DNA of 64,000 nt. Origin: Treponemataceae bacterium. GTDB lineage: Bacteria; Spirochaetota; Spirochaetia; Treponematales; Rectinemataceae. The notes under the pieces are model-generated. The model had not been told where the DNA came from, did no database searches, and worked only from the letters and a program-made list of their open reading frames with translations. Location: assembly GCA_963677895.2 (NCBI GenBank), contig CAXXGJ010000006.1, positions 192,001 to 256,000 of the forward strand. Reading direction: 5' to 3'. This document shows positions 1 through 12,734 of this stretch, piece by piece; position 1 is the first letter of the stretch, and the number at the start of each line of letters is the position of its first letter. Position numbers and translations under genes: made by a program.

Positions 1-2076
1 GCCCTGTTTTCCGGTTTTTCCGTCGCCTGACGAAGCCCCGGGTTTCTGATCCTTGGCCGCCCTGCCCGCATCCGCGGCGTTGCTTGCCTCGGCTCCCTTT
101 TTCTCGAGCCAGTTCTTCACCTTTTCGCTGAATCCTTCGGCGGAAGCCGGAGCAGCGCCGCGAACGGTGGTCTTCCCGGCGCTCTTCATGGCGATGGAAC
201 CGCCCTGAACGGGCCTGCCCGCGGGAGCCTTGGCCGCCGCCAGCTTGTGATTCTTAAGCATATTGTTGATGACCATCTGCTGGAGAATCGTCAGGACGTT
301 GCTTACGATCCAGTAGAGAAGCAGACCGGACGGAACGTCATAGAGCACGAAGAAGAACATGATAGGCATTCCGTACATCATAAGTTTCATCTGGCTGGCG
401 CTCTGGCCGGGGCTTTGCGTGCTCTGGGTGAACTTGCCATACAAAAGCTGGCTTGCCAAATAAATGATGGGCAATGCCCTCAAATCGCTCCAACCGACGA
501 GCGGAAGCTTGAAAGTACCGAAATTCCAGATGGATTCGGGGAGGGAAAGATCGCCGATCCAGCCCGCGATGAAGCTCGCGCCCCTGAGGTCGAAGTGATT
601 GTTGAACAGGTTGTACATGGCGATGAAAAGCGGGAACTGTATGAGCATGGGGAGGCAGCCGGACATCGGATTGTAATTTTCCGACTTGTAGAACTCGGCC
701 ATTTCCTGGTTCAGCTTCTGGGGATTGGACTTGTACTTGGCCTGCAGCTCCTGAATCTTGGGCTGGAGTTCCTGCATCCTGGCGGTGGAGATGGAACTCT
801 TCTTCGTGAGCGGGAAGAAGAGAGCCTTTATGATGATGGTCACTATGATTATGGCCACGCCGTAATTCGGGATGAGCTTATAGGAAATATTCAGGAGAAA
901 CTTGAGGATGGTCTCGAGCCAGCCCAGGAGGTTCGAACGCTCGGTCGCGTCCTCCAGGCGCATTCCCTGCAGCCCGAAGGCGTTCTTGTCGGAATACTCG
1001 TACTTGGCGAGCTCGCCGGCCGTTCTCGGTCCGAAGTAGAAATAATACTTGTCGGTCTGGCTGGATGAATTGATGACAGGCCTGGAGAGATACATCGTAT
1101 TCGTCTGCTTGATCGTCTGGTCCTGGGCTTGGAGGTAGCTGAAGGTAGCGAAGGGCGCTTCGGGTATCGCGATGAACGCGAAGTATTTCCCGGCGAGGGC
1201 GCCCCAGGTCGGCTGTTCTTTGATGACCTGGAAATTGCCCGCCTTCGCCGTCTCGAGCTTCTTCTTGCCGTTGACCTCGAGGATGTATTTCCTGTAGTCG
1301 GCGTTCTTCGGAAGATGATCGAAGCGGGGACCGATCTGCGGTCCGATGGAAAGCGTATAGGCGGTGCCGTTCGTATTCAGGGGAATCTGCGCGCCGTTGG
1401 CGCCCTCGAGGGTAACCGCCATGGCGAAGAGATACTCGCCGTCGCGGAAGGTGAAAGCTTTCCTATAAGTAAAGGGGATCAGCTCGCCCGTTCCGTTGGC
1501 CTTCGCGTAGAAGGTTCTGGAGAACTGTATCGTCTTCCTCTCCCCGTCGAGCCAGGTGACGTTCATCAATTCCTTGACAGGAAAGGCGTCCTGGGCTCCG
1601 AAGGCAAGCGAAACGCCGCTGGAGCCTTTTTCGCCCGGCACGATCAGGTCCACATAGCCGTCTTTGTCTTTGTGCGCTTTAAGCTTGAGGGAGACGATGT
1701 CGCCGCCGGCGTTGCTCAAAACCGCCTTGAGAAGATCGGTTTCGATCGTGTAGGTGGATTCGGCCTGGGGTACGGGAATCGCGGCCAGGCTCGCGTCCGC
1801 GCCCGCCGAAAGGGCTGGCGCTTCCGCCGCCACGACCGGCGCGGACTGCGTCGTCACCACGGTGGCCGCCGGCGTGAGCACCTGCCCGGCCTGCGTCGTC
1901 ACGACTTGCTGGTTCGTGGTCTGCTGAGTCTGGGCTTGCTGGGGAGCGGGCGGGAAAATGGCGTTCTGGACAATAAAGCCAACGCCCACGATCAGGGTCG
2001 ACAGCACTACCGCAATGATGGTGCGCCTGCTCTCTTCTTTGGTCTGGGATCCGTCGTTCAGATTGAATATGCTCAT
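1..2076 (-). CDS. yidC: Membrane protein insertase YidC (3' end runs off the window)
   Basis: ATG at 2076 overlaps the yidD stop. Open frame [26 protein letters not shown]...[18 protein letters not shown] continues to position 1. Follows rpmH-rnpA-yidD. Confidence 0.93.
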   Translation of the reverse strand, partial: MSIFNLNDGSQTKEESRRTIIAVVLSTLIVGVGFIVQNAIFPPAPQQAQTQQTTNQQVVTTQAGQVLTPAATVVTTQSAPVVAAEAPALSAGADASLAAIPVPQAESTYTIETDLLKAVLSNAGGDIVSLKLKAHKDKDGYVDLIVPGEKGSSGVSLAFGAQDAFPVKELMNVTWLDGERKTIQFSRTFYAKANGTGELIPFTYRKAFTFRDGEYLFAMAVTLEGANGAQIPLNTNGTAYTLSIGPQIGPRFDHLPKNADYRKYILEVNGKKKLETAKAGNFQVIKEQPTWGALAGKYFAFIAIPEAPFATFSYLQAQDQTIKQTNTMYLSRPVINSSSQTDKYYFYFGPRTAGELAKYEYSDKNAFGLQGMRLEDATERSNLLGWLETILKFLLNISYKLIPNYGVAIIIVTIIIKALFFPLTKKSSISTARMQELQPKIQELQAKYKSNPQKLNQEMAEFYKSENYNPMSGCLPMLIQFPLFIAMYNLFNNHFDLRGASFIAGWIGDLSLPESIWNFGTFKLPLVGWSDLRALPIIYLASQLLYGKFTQSTQSPGQSASQMKLMMYGMPIMFFFVLYDVPSGLLLYWIVSNVLTILQQMVINNMLKNHKLAAAKAPAGRPVQGGSIAMKSAGKTTVRGAAPASAEGFSEKVKNWLEKKGAEASNAADAGRAAKDQKPGASSGDGKTGKQG

Positions 2077-2303
2077 GGTATTGGGTCAAAACCTCCCGGG
2101 TTTCTGGGATGACATCGTAAAATCCTCTTGACGGCAAGGTATCCGCCCTTGAAAGGTCCATACTTGGCGATTGCCTGGTAAGAATAGGCGGAACAGGTGG
2201 GATAAAACCTGCAGGACGGAGGAAAGAGAGGGGAAATGAGTATCTGGTAGAGCTTGATGAGGACGAGGAATGGAAATGAAAGTATCTTTCTCAGCACATT
2301 CAT
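2073..2303 (-). CDS. yidD: Membrane protein insertion efficiency factor YidD
   Basis: [22 protein letters not shown]...RILRCHP..GGFDP signature. Confidence 0.95.
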   Translation of the reverse strand: MNVLRKILSFPFLVLIKLYQILISPLFPPSCRFYPTCSAYSYQAIAKYGPFKGGYLAVKRILRCHPRNPGGFDPIP

Positions 2304-2650
2304 CGCACTAACCCCGCCTTACGAAGAAGCAGGAGCATCAGGCCGGAACACTCCGCGAAACTGTCGTATTCTGGGTACAGCACGAAGGCCACATCGCTGC
2401 CGGGGGCAATTCTCTGCTTGTTGATACGCCACACTTCACGGGCAATCCGTTTTGCCCTGTTGCGTTGTACCGCCCCTTCAAACGAACGTACGGCGACAAA
2501 AACCGCCCGGCTCCTGCCAAGGGAATTTCGCGCGACGCGAAGAACCATCCCTTTGCAGGAATACCGGGCGCCTGTGCGGAAAATCCGGTCAATTTCCGAT
2601 TTGGTCCGAACTTTCTCGGACTTCGGAAAATCCTGTCTCGTTTTTTCCAT
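2300..2650 (-). CDS. rnpA: Ribonuclease P protein component
   Basis: AVQRNRAKR (RNR motif); lies between rpmH and yidD; start uncertain (2650 or 2668). Confidence 0.9.
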   Translation of the reverse strand: MEKTRQDFPKSEKVRTKSEIDRIFRTGARYSCKGMVLRVARNSLGRSRAVFVAVRSFEGAVQRNRAKRIAREVWRINKQRIAPGSDVAFVLYPEYDSFAECSGLMLLLLRKAGLVR

Positions 2651-2672
2651 ATCCCCATCCGGGGACATTCCG

Positions 2673-2828
2673 TCAATACTTCTTGTTCTCGTCGGCGACG
2701 CTGAGCTTGATCCGTCCCTTCGCTCTTCTTCTCTTGAGAACAAGGCGACCGCCCTTCGTGCTCATGCGGGCGCGAAAGCCAAATTTCCTGTTTCTCTTGG
2801 TTCTGCTGGGTTGATAGGTGCGCTTCAT
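2673..2828 (-). CDS. rpmH: 50S ribosomal protein L34 (not in the ORF track)
   Basis: Translated by hand: [51 protein letters not shown]. Confidence 0.97.
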   Translation of the reverse strand: MKRTYQPSRTKRNRKFGFRARMSTKGGRLVLKRRRAKGRIKLSVADENKKY

Positions 2829-2928
2829 GGCAACTTGCTCCTTATCCTATAGGCGACAGCGCGCGAACGCCGGTCGATTTCTGTTTCAGCCCCTTCGGGT
2901 CTACGGGCACACGTGAGGCAGGTTCGTG

Positions 2929-2958
2929 AGTATAAAACGATGGACCCGGCTTCGTCAA
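2929..2958 (-). promoter_or_regulatory. Putative sigma70 promoter of the rpmH operon
   Basis: TTGACG-N18-TATACT on the - strand. Confidence 0.5.
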
Positions 2959-3016
2959 TTGGCCATGATGCGGCATCCCCCTCCGCGCGCAACGCGCAAC
3001 GGACGCGGCTATAGCC

Positions 3017-3520
3017 CTATTTGTTGATGTTTTTCCTTATTCGGGCAAACATGGCCACCATATCTTGTGGAAGCTTTGTCTCATGGCCGGCTTTTTCGTC
3101 CATGGCTTTTTCGGCTTCCTTTTCTACTTCCTTTTCGGCCGCCGTTTCCGGGGCGGATTCGGGAGGACGGAGGCCCGAAACCCGTCCGGGCATCGAGGCC
3201 GAGGCGCTCGCCGACACCCCGCTCTCGCCAAGCCTGAAGGCGATGCCGCGAATCTTCAGGTCGGGATAGCGCCGCTGTATTTCCTCGAGGATCCTGTCCT
3301 GCTGGAGCTGGAGCAGCTGCATCCACCCCTGATGCTCGGTCTCCACGATCAGAATGCCGTGCCTGATGTCGGCCGGCTTGGAATGCTCGCCCAGCCTGGA
3401 GCCGGCTATGAGCTTCCAGGAATTCCCGAAACCTGAATACAGTTCCCCCTTTTTGACCATATCCTGGTCGAAGAACGAAGAGAGAAGTTCAGAGACTGTC
3501 TTGATTCTGGAATCGGCCAT
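3017..3520 (-). CDS. dciA: DUF721/DciA-family helicase-loading protein
   Basis: W..IAG..LGEHSKP....GILIV......W...L pattern; downstream of recF; disordered C-terminal tail. Confidence 0.75.
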   Translation of the reverse strand: MADSRIKTVSELLSSFFDQDMVKKGELYSGFGNSWKLIAGSRLGEHSKPADIRHGILIVETEHQGWMQLLQLQQDRILEEIQRRYPDLKIRGIAFRLGESGVSASASASMPGRVSGLRPPESAPETAAEKEVEKEAEKAMDEKAGHETKLPQDMVAMFARIRKNINK

Positions 3521-4634
3521 GGCTCACCTTATACACGATCGTATCCCCGTTCCCGTACTCCGTCCACGGTTCCTCGGGCAGAAAGGTGAAGAAAGCCTGA
3601 GCGCCTTGTCCCGGACCGGGCAGAAGATCCAGGAATCTCCGGCGCCTTCCCACGTCCAATTCCAGGAGCACGTCGTCCAGAAGAAGAACGGGCCACCGGG
3701 AAGCTTGGCTGGCGCGCGCCGCTTGGTCGGCGCAGGCTGCCTGGCCGGCGTAGGCCCGCGCCTCTATGACGCGCAATATGAGGGAAACGAGCCTCAGCTG
3801 GCCGGTGGAAGCCCTGTCCGTGAACACTTCGCCATCGCAGGAGAAGTTCCAGCGGTCCCGGTGGGGCCCCGTCCTCGTTGTGCCGAAGAGCACCTCGCTC
3901 TCCCTTCTCGCCGCCAGGAGTTCGACCGCGGAATCCAGGGAAGAATCCTGGGGCCAATTGGACGCGTAGGTCAGATCGACCTTCCGGCCAAGCAGCGCCA
4001 CCGATTCATAGAGACCGGGAAACTCCTCCTGGAAACGAAGGTGCAGGGCTCGCCTCGCCTTCATGAGTTCCAGACCGTAGGAAACGAAGAGGGGATCCAT
4101 GGCCTCGAGCAGGTCGTAGGCGCTTTCCTTCAGGGCGGCGTTCCTCTGCTTGAGAATTCTCTTGTACGATCGCAGAACATCGATGTAGGAAAGCGAAAGC
4201 ATGCCGGCGCATTGGTCGAAAAAAAAGCGCCGCCTTTCGGGATCGCCGGCGGCGAAGCTGAAGTCCTCGTGGCAGAAAACCACGGCGGGATTGTGGAATA
4301 CGAGCTCCTTCCTGTCCCTGAGCGGTTTGCCGTTCAGCCGGATGTCCTTCACGGAACCCTCCACGCGGACGGAAATCTCCTCATCCAAGGCCGAATCCCC
4401 GCCTGAAGCCGACCAGAGCCCTGTCAGGCCGAAGCCGGAAGCGCCGGCGGCTGGTATCTGCGCGTCCACGAGACCGCGAAAAGACGCCCCATAGCAGAGA
4501 AAATAAAGAGCTTCCAGGAAATTGGTCTTTCCCTGTCCGTTTTCCCCTATGAGGAATATTTTTTCGGCGTCAACGTCGATTTCCCCGTCTTCGAGATTAC
4601 GGAACGAAGCGAAGCGGGCGCGCTTGAAAGGCAT
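3489..4634 (-). CDS. recF: DNA replication/repair protein RecF
   Basis: GENGQGKTN Walker A, GPHRD, STGQ, LLLDDVLLELD. Confidence 0.95.
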   Translation of the reverse strand: MPFKRARFASFRNLEDGEIDVDAEKIFLIGENGQGKTNFLEALYFLCYGASFRGLVDAQIPAAGASGFGLTGLWSASGGDSALDEEISVRVEGSVKDIRLNGKPLRDRKELVFHNPAVVFCHEDFSFAAGDPERRRFFFDQCAGMLSLSYIDVLRSYKRILKQRNAALKESAYDLLEAMDPLFVSYGLELMKARRALHLRFQEEFPGLYESVALLGRKVDLTYASNWPQDSSLDSAVELLAARRESEVLFGTTRTGPHRDRWNFSCDGEVFTDRASTGQLRLVSLILRVIEARAYAGQAACADQAARASQASRWPVLLLDDVLLELDVGRRRRFLDLLPGPGQGAQAFFTFLPEEPWTEYGNGDTIVYKVSHGRFQNQDSL

Positions 4635-5740
4635 CAGTCAATCTGCATCGGCATTACAATATGGAAATAGTCCCCCCTCGGTTCGGGCCTGAGCGTGATG
4701 GCGCGCGAGGGGTCGCTGAATTCCACGACGAAATTCTCGGAATCGAGGACGCGCAGCGGCTCCTCGACGTACCTGTAGTTCAACGCGATGGTCGTATCCT
4801 CGCCCTCGTACTCGCAGGGAATTTCCTCGCGCGCGGCGCCTATCTCGCTTTCCTCGGAAGAAAGGATGAGTCCCTCCCCCGACAGGGAGAAGAAGGTCCT
4901 GTTGGATTTCTGTTCCACGAAAATAGAGACGCGCTTGAGGGCTTCCATCAGGTCGGCCTTCTTCACGGAGAAAGAGAATTTCTGGCTCTGCGGTATGACC
5001 TTCTGGTAGTTGGGGAACTGTCCCTCGATAAGAACGCTCGAAATCTGGTAGCTGTTGAAGCGGAAGAAAATGCTCTTGTCGGTGATGGCCATGGAAATCA
5101 TGCCTTCGTCGGAAAGCCGCTTGTTTATGATGCCGAGAACCTTCGTCGGGATGATGACGGGCCTGAAATCAGGAATATTGGCTTCGAACTCGTTCTTGAC
5201 GAAGGCAAGGCGGCGTCCGTCCGTGGAGACCATGACGATCGCGCCCTCGGGAGTCTTTTCCATGAACACGCCGTTCATGAAATAGCGTGTTTCGTCGGTG
5301 GAGACCGAAAAAATGGTCTGCGTAATCATCCGCTTGAACTCGCGGGCGGGGATATCGAAGAAAAGCTCAGGTTCGGCCCTGGGCAGTTCGGGGAATTTTT
5401 CGCCCGACAGCGTCTTCAGCTGGAAACGGACCTTTCTCGCCACCGGCTTGAGCACGACCCTTCCGTCATCCTGTTCGACGGTGAGATCGCCGTCGGGAAG
5501 CGAGGAGAGAATTCCGGTAAGCTTATCGCAAAATACCGTAAGGGAACCCGGAACCACATCGCCGACCGGTATGGAAGTCTCGAAACTTACCTTCACGTCG
5601 GTGGCCCTGATCAGCAATTTCGAATCAGAAGCTTCAAGAAACACATTGGACATTATGGACAAAGCGTTTTTCGATGCTATCACTTCCTGGGCAAAGGCAA
5701 TTTCACGAAAAAGGCTGGTCTTATCGCAGGTAAATTTCAT
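4634..5740 (-). CDS. dnaN: DNA polymerase III beta clamp
   Basis: STDGRRL, LIEGQFPNY, terminal IVMPMQ. Confidence 0.97.
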   Translation of the reverse strand: MKFTCDKTSLFREIAFAQEVIASKNALSIMSNVFLEASDSKLLIRATDVKVSFETSIPVGDVVPGSLTVFCDKLTGILSSLPDGDLTVEQDDGRVVLKPVARKVRFQLKTLSGEKFPELPRAEPELFFDIPAREFKRMITQTIFSVSTDETRYFMNGVFMEKTPEGAIVMVSTDGRRLAFVKNEFEANIPDFRPVIIPTKVLGIINKRLSDEGMISMAITDKSIFFRFNSYQISSVLIEGQFPNYQKVIPQSQKFSFSVKKADLMEALKRVSIFVEQKSNRTFFSLSGEGLILSSEESEIGAAREEIPCEYEGEDTTIALNYRYVEEPLRVLDSENFVVEFSDPSRAITLRPEPRGDYFHIVMPMQID

Positions 5741-5756
5741 CGGATCCCCCTGAGAT

Positions 5757-6005
5757 GATATATATAGGTTTTATTCTACCAGAACTTCGTTCATTTTGAA
5801 ACAGTTCTACCTCTCTTTTTTCTTTTCCCTCTCTCTATTGATTCTTTATATAGCTTTATAAAAGAGTAATAATAGTAATAAGGAACCAAGATATGTGGAT
5901 AACTCATTTAATTGCATAGCGGCAATAAGAATATATACTGTGCAAAACCTGTTGACAGGGCGTTGTCTTTATCCACAGTATCCACCGCTTCCCTGGTTAT
6001 CCACA
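5757..6005. promoter_or_regulatory. oriC (dnaA-dnaN part): DnaA boxes, DnaA-trio-like tract, AT-rich unwinding region
   Basis: TGTGGATAA 5894-5902; TTATCCACA 5969-5977 and 5997-6005; TAA-TAA-TAG-TAA-TAA 5867-5881; AT-rich 5757-5890. Confidence 0.85.
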
Positions 6006-6041
6006 ACCCGAAGGCGGTTCTGCACCGTTTATAAAGGACTT

Positions 6042-7553
6042 TTACTTGGACTCGCTTTCCCTGGCTTCCCTCAGGAGTTTTTGGATGGAAGCGTCGAAAG
6101 AAGGGTCGAATTTCACCATCTGCTCGATCTTCTGGCAGGAATGCATCACCGTCGTATGGTCCCTGCCGCCGAACTCCACCCCGATCTCCGTCGTGGAGTA
6201 CTCCGTCACTTCCCTGATGACGAACATGGCCACCTGGCGTGCGAGGGCGATATTCTTGCTGCGTTTCTTGCCTTTCAGGTCGGAAAGCGAAAGTTTGAAG
6301 AAATCCGCCACCATTCTAATGATGGAATCGACGGTTATGGCGGAATGCCGGTTGGTGTTGAACATTTCCTTGAGGAGATTCCTGGCGATGTCGACGGTGA
6401 GGTCCTTGTGGACGAGGTCGGCATATGCCGTCAGCTTCACCAGGCAGCCTTCGAGATCGCGCACGTTCGAAGAGACGTTGTTGGCGATGAGATCTATGAC
6501 CTCGTCGGCCACGTTGACGCTTTTTCCCGACTGGATGAGTTTCTGTTTGAGTATGGCCACCCGCGTTTCGTACATGGGCGGCTGCACGTCGACGATAAGC
6601 CCCTTGTCGAAGCGGCTTTTCAGCCGGTCCGAAAAGTCCTTCAGTTCCTTTACGTGACGGTCCAGCGTGAAGACCATCTGCCGCTCGGAATCGTAGAGGG
6701 CGTTGAAGGTATGGAAGAGTTCCTCCTGGACGCCGGGCTTGTTCTGGAAAAAATGTATGTCGTCGATGAGGAGGACGTCGGCGTTGCGGTATTTATTCTT
6801 GAACTCGTGGGTGGAGCGGTCGTGAATCATCTGGATGAATTCGTTGGTGAATTCCTCTGCGGTTATGCAGATCACCCTCTTTTCAGGGACGTTCTTGAAA
6901 ACGTAATTGCCGATGGCATGCATGAGGTGGGTCTTGCCCAAGCCGACGCCGCCGTAGATGAGGAGGGGATTGTAGACCCTGGCGGGGCTCTTGGCCACGG
7001 CTTCCGAGGCGTTGAAGGTAAAGCGGTTGTTGTCGCCGACGATGAAATTCTCGAACTTGTAATCCTGGCGCAGGGAAGGGTGGATTCTGGGCGTATTGTC
7101 GACAGCGATGCCCTGGTCCCTTTGCTGTTTTCTGCCGGAGACGTCGTAATAAAGGGAAGTCTTGGGCATCGCGGACCGCTCCGGCTCCGAAAGCGCCGGT
7201 TTTTCGGCGGGGGAAGAGAGGATTTCCGCGGGCGCGGACTCGGCAGCGGTCGAGGATACAGCCGTGGCCGCGGCTTCGACCGAGCGCGCCCTCGAGTCCA
7301 TAGCCCTTTCGGCGCTTACCTCGAGCCTCAGGTCCAGGGCGGTGAGCTCCCTGATGATATTCTGCATGAACGAATGGTATTTTCTATTGAACTGGTCGCG
7401 GAGGAAGGAGTTGGGGGCGTTGACGGCCAGGGTTCCTTCGGCGAGCGCTTTATAGGAGAGCCGGAACCACATAAGGTACTCTTGTTCCGGTATGTCTTTG
7501 CGCGCGATTTCCAGCGCCTCGCTCCATATAGCGGAGCCATCGAAGTCTGCCAT
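6042..7553 (-). CDS. dnaA: Chromosomal replication initiator DnaA
   Basis: YNPLLIYGGVGLGKTHL, LLIDDI, FGGRDHTTVMH. Confidence 0.98.
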   Translation of the reverse strand: MADFDGSAIWSEALEIARKDIPEQEYLMWFRLSYKALAEGTLAVNAPNSFLRDQFNRKYHSFMQNIIRELTALDLRLEVSAERAMDSRARSVEAAATAVSSTAAESAPAEILSSPAEKPALSEPERSAMPKTSLYYDVSGRKQQRDQGIAVDNTPRIHPSLRQDYKFENFIVGDNNRFTFNASEAVAKSPARVYNPLLIYGGVGLGKTHLMHAIGNYVFKNVPEKRVICITAEEFTNEFIQMIHDRSTHEFKNKYRNADVLLIDDIHFFQNKPGVQEELFHTFNALYDSERQMVFTLDRHVKELKDFSDRLKSRFDKGLIVDVQPPMYETRVAILKQKLIQSGKSVNVADEVIDLIANNVSSNVRDLEGCLVKLTAYADLVHKDLTVDIARNLLKEMFNTNRHSAITVDSIIRMVADFFKLSLSDLKGKKRSKNIALARQVAMFVIREVTEYSTTEIGVEFGGRDHTTVMHSCQKIEQMVKFDPSFDASIQKLLREARESESK

Positions 7554-7586
7554 TCTTTCCTCTGTGATTATTTTTTATTAAACAGG

Positions 7587-7858
7587 GTATCCACAAGTTT
7601 TCCACAAGTAGCGTATATATCTTTATAATCAGCTTGGAGATTTCCGCAATAGGGAAAGTCATCAAAAGCATGAAAAAAACGCTTTTATTGTATAGTAAAC
7701 AGAGTATTAAATTAGCATAAAATATTTCAATATAACAAGATAATGGTCGTCGCGCATCGTTGTTGGCTGAAATTTCATAAAAGAGCGAAATTTTAAAAAA
7801 TGAGCGTTTTTCTCCGATACGCACATCTTCTGAACGAGTTATCCACAGTTTGTGCACA
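7587..7858. promoter_or_regulatory. DnaA-box cluster in the dnaA/gyrB divergent intergenic region
   Basis: GTATCCACA 7587-7595, TTTTCCACA 7598-7606, TTATCCACA 7839-7847; AT-rich spacer. Confidence 0.75.
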
Positions 7859-8000
7859 ATCTCGCGCCGGCGATCTTTGGGCGGGGGAAAAGAGGCCGCG
7901 ATCGCTTTACTATTATTGTTTCAATCGATATAATGACCCTGTTCAGGGGCGAATGGTTTTTCCTTGGGTTAAAGGCAAAACCCTCTGTATACAACAATAA

Positions 8001-9932
<1,932 letters not shown>

Positions 9933-9944
9933 GAAAGCGATAAA

Positions 9945-12524
9945 ATGGCAGAAACTGGAAGATTGATATCCGTCCCGATCGAAGACGAAATGAAGACCGA
10001 CTATCTCACCTACGCGATGTCGGTCATCGTGGCCAGGGCTCTCCCCGATGTCCGCGACGGACTCAAACCCGTCCACAGACGCATTCTCTACGCGATGGAA
10101 GAGCTGGGGCTGCGCTATAACGCGGCGACGAAAAAATGCGCCCGCATCACCGGCGACGCCATGGGAAAATACCATCCGCACGGCGACTTTTCCCTCTATG
10201 ACGCCCTTGTCCGCATGGCCCAGGATTTTTCCCTGCGTTATCCCCTGGTCTACGGCCAGGGCAACTTCGGCTCCATCGACGGCGATCCGCCCGCGGCCAG
10301 CCGCTATACCGAGGCCAAGCTCTCCCGCCTGGGCGAGGAGATGCTGGCCGACCTGGACAAGGACACCGTCGTCTTCGGCCCCAACTACGATGAGTCGCTG
10401 ACGGAACCGCTGGTCCTGCCCTCGGCCTTTCCCAACCTTCTCGTCAACGGATCCTCCGGCATCGCCGTCGGCATGGCCACCAACATGGCGCCCCACAACC
10501 TTCTGGAGGTGGGCGAAGCCATCGCCGCCTATATAGAAAACCCCGACATTGACCTCGAAGGCCTGATGAGGCATATCAAAGGCCCCGACTTCCCCACGGG
10601 CGGCATCATCTTCGGCAGGGAAGGCATCAGGGACGCCTACACGACGGGACGCGGAAAGATCATCGTCCGCGGCAAGTTCATCATCGAAACCATGAAAAAC
10701 GGCAGGGAGCAGATCGTCTTCACCGAAATTCCCTATGCCGTCAACAAGACTACCCTCATCACGCGCATCGCCGATCTCGTGAGGGACAAGATCCTCGACG
10801 GGGTCTCCGACCTCAGGGACGAGAGCGACAGGGATGGCCTGCGCATGGTGCTCGAACTCAAGAAAGGCGCCATCCCCAAGCTCGTCCTCAACAGGCTTTT
10901 TACCCATACGGCACTGCAGTCCACCTTCGGCGTCATCAATCTCGCTCTCGTGGATGGAAGGCCTAAGTGCTTATCCTTAAAGGAATTAATAGCGCTATTC
11001 GTCAAGCATCGCGTGGACGTGGTCACCCGCAGGTCGCGCTTCGAGCTGAGAAAGGCCGAAGAAAGAGCCCATCTCCTGCGCGGCATGGTCATCGCCCTGC
11101 GGAACATCGACGAGGTCGTGGCCATCATCAAGGCCAGCAAGAACGTGGAAGTGGCCAGGCTGGCGCTCCAACAGCGTTTCGAGCTCAGCGAGGTCCAGGC
11201 CCAGGCCATCGTCGACATGAGGCTTGGAAGACTCACGAGCCTCGAGACGGAAAAGATTCTCGCCGAATTGGCCGAAATCGAGGCGAAAATCGCCTATCTC
11301 CAGGAGCTTCTCGCCAGCGATGTCCTGATACTGAATGTCGTCAAACAGGAAACCATCGATATCGCGAAGAAATACGGCGACAAACGCCGTACCGAGATCG
11401 TCGCCTCCAATGTGGAAGCCATCAATATCGAAGACCTCATCAAACCCGAGGAAATGGCCATCCTGATTTCCAACAAAGGTTTTATAAAGAGGGTTTCCGT
11501 ACACCTTTACAGGTCCCAGGGCAGAGGCGGGAAAGGCTCCAATTCCACGACGCTGCTGGAAGAGGATTTTATAGAACAACTCTTTGTGGCCAATACACAT
11601 AGTTATCTTCTCTTCGTCACCAGCGCCGGAAAGGCTTATTGGCTGAAGGTGCACGAAATTCCCGAATCGAGCAGGCAGGCGCGCGGCGCTCACGTGAAGA
11701 GCCTGCTGGCTATCTCCCCCAACGAGGAGATAACGACCATCATCGACTTCAAGGAATTCTCGGACGATCAGTTCATCCTCATGGGTACGCTCAGGGGCGT
11801 GGTCAAAAAGGTAGCCCTGAAGGACTTCATAAACGCCAAAACGCGCGGAATCATCGCCATTTACCTCGACGACGGCGACAAGCTCGTGTCGGCCTGCCTC
11901 ACGAAGGGTTCGGACGAAGCCGTCCTCATCACGAGAAACGGCCAGGCCCTGAGAATCCACGAAGAGCAGGTGAGGGTGATGGGACGCGCTTCCCGAGGCG
12001 TTCGCGGCATCATGCTCGCCGACAGCGACGAGCTGACTGCCATGCTTCGCGTCAACGACGAAGAGCTTATGCTTCTTTCCACCACCAACGGCTACGGGAA
12101 GCGCGTGGCTTACGACAACTTCTCCAGCCATGGGCGCGGAACGAGAGGCCAGATGATCTACGTGCCGGACGATGTTTCGGGCGAAGTGGTCGGCGCCGTC
12201 TCCATTTCCGAGCGAGACGAGGCCATGATCATCACTTCGATGGGTAAAACCATCAAAATCGAGGCGGAAACGGTCCGAATCCTGGGCAAGGGAGCGCGAG
12301 GCGTGCGAATCGTCAACATCAACGCCCCGGATTACGTCATCGGGCTCGATAAGGTCGTGATGGATGAAAGCGAAAAAATCGCTCTTGCCGATACGCTGAC
12401 GGATGCCCTGGCAGATACGCCGACTGGCGGCGTGGGCGATATCGGGATCGAAGTCCTCAACGACGATGAAGAATCCGAGGGTTCTGTCCGGCCAACCGAA
12501 GAATCGGAGAATGATGAAAACTGA
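9945..12524 (+). CDS. gyrA: DNA gyrase subunit A
   Basis: [22 protein letters not shown], GyrA-box QGRGGKG, acidic tail. Confidence 0.98.
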   Translation: MAETGRLISVPIEDEMKTDYLTYAMSVIVARALPDVRDGLKPVHRRILYAMEELGLRYNAATKKCARITGDAMGKYHPHGDFSLYDALVRMAQDFSLRYPLVYGQGNFGSIDGDPPAASRYTEAKLSRLGEEMLADLDKDTVVFGPNYDESLTEPLVLPSAFPNLLVNGSSGIAVGMATNMAPHNLLEVGEAIAAYIENPDIDLEGLMRHIKGPDFPTGGIIFGREGIRDAYTTGRGKIIVRGKFIIETMKNGREQIVFTEIPYAVNKTTLITRIADLVRDKILDGVSDLRDESDRDGLRMVLELKKGAIPKLVLNRLFTHTALQSTFGVINLALVDGRPKCLSLKELIALFVKHRVDVVTRRSRFELRKAEERAHLLRGMVIALRNIDEVVAIIKASKNVEVARLALQQRFELSEVQAQAIVDMRLGRLTSLETEKILAELAEIEAKIAYLQELLASDVLILNVVKQETIDIAKKYGDKRRTEIVASNVEAINIEDLIKPEEMAILISNKGFIKRVSVHLYRSQGRGGKGSNSTTLLEEDFIEQLFVANTHSYLLFVTSAGKAYWLKVHEIPESSRQARGAHVKSLLAISPNEEITTIIDFKEFSDDQFILMGTLRGVVKKVALKDFINAKTRGIIAIYLDDGDKLVSACLTKGSDEAVLITRNGQALRIHEEQVRVMGRASRGVRGIMLADSDELTAMLRVNDEELMLLSTTNGYGKRVAYDNFSSHGRGTRGQMIYVPDDVSGEVVGAVSISERDEAMIITSMGKTIKIEAETVRILGKGARGVRIVNINAPDYVIGLDKVVMDESEKIALADTLTDALADTPTGGVGDIGIEVLNDDEESEGSVRPTEESENDEN

Positions 12525-12551
12525 TCTTGATATGATCGCGGCATAAAGCAG

Positions 12552-12578
12552 GCTCCCGGGAAACCGGGAGCTTTTTTT
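12552..12578 (+). terminator. Rho-independent terminator after gyrA
   Basis: GCTCCCGG-GAAA-CCGGGAGC followed by T7. Confidence 0.85.
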
Positions 12579-12579
12579 A

Positions 12580-12595
12580 TGTTTCACGTGAAACA
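12580..12595. promoter_or_regulatory. parS: parS site 1
   Basis: Exact canonical TGTTTCACGTGAAACA. Confidence 0.92.
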
Positions 12596-12659
12596 TTATA
12601 GCGATGGTCCGTTAGGATTTTTGTCGTAAGTCCATGAAGCATCTTGCCGCTAAGCCGAA

Positions 12660-12675
12660 TGTTTCACGTGAAACA
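12660..12675. promoter_or_regulatory. parS: parS site 2
   Basis: Exact TGTTTCACGTGAAACA inside a 26-bp palindrome (12655-12680). Confidence 0.92.
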
Positions 12676-12734
12676 TTCGGAGGTGAAGCCGTCTGCCGCC
12701 GACAGTTTCGATAAAGCCGATCAGACGGCTGGAC

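Noticed and set aside
247..2112. + strand ORFs of 273 and 327 aa
   Set aside because: Antisense shadows of yidC, which the ORF track missed because it runs off the window.
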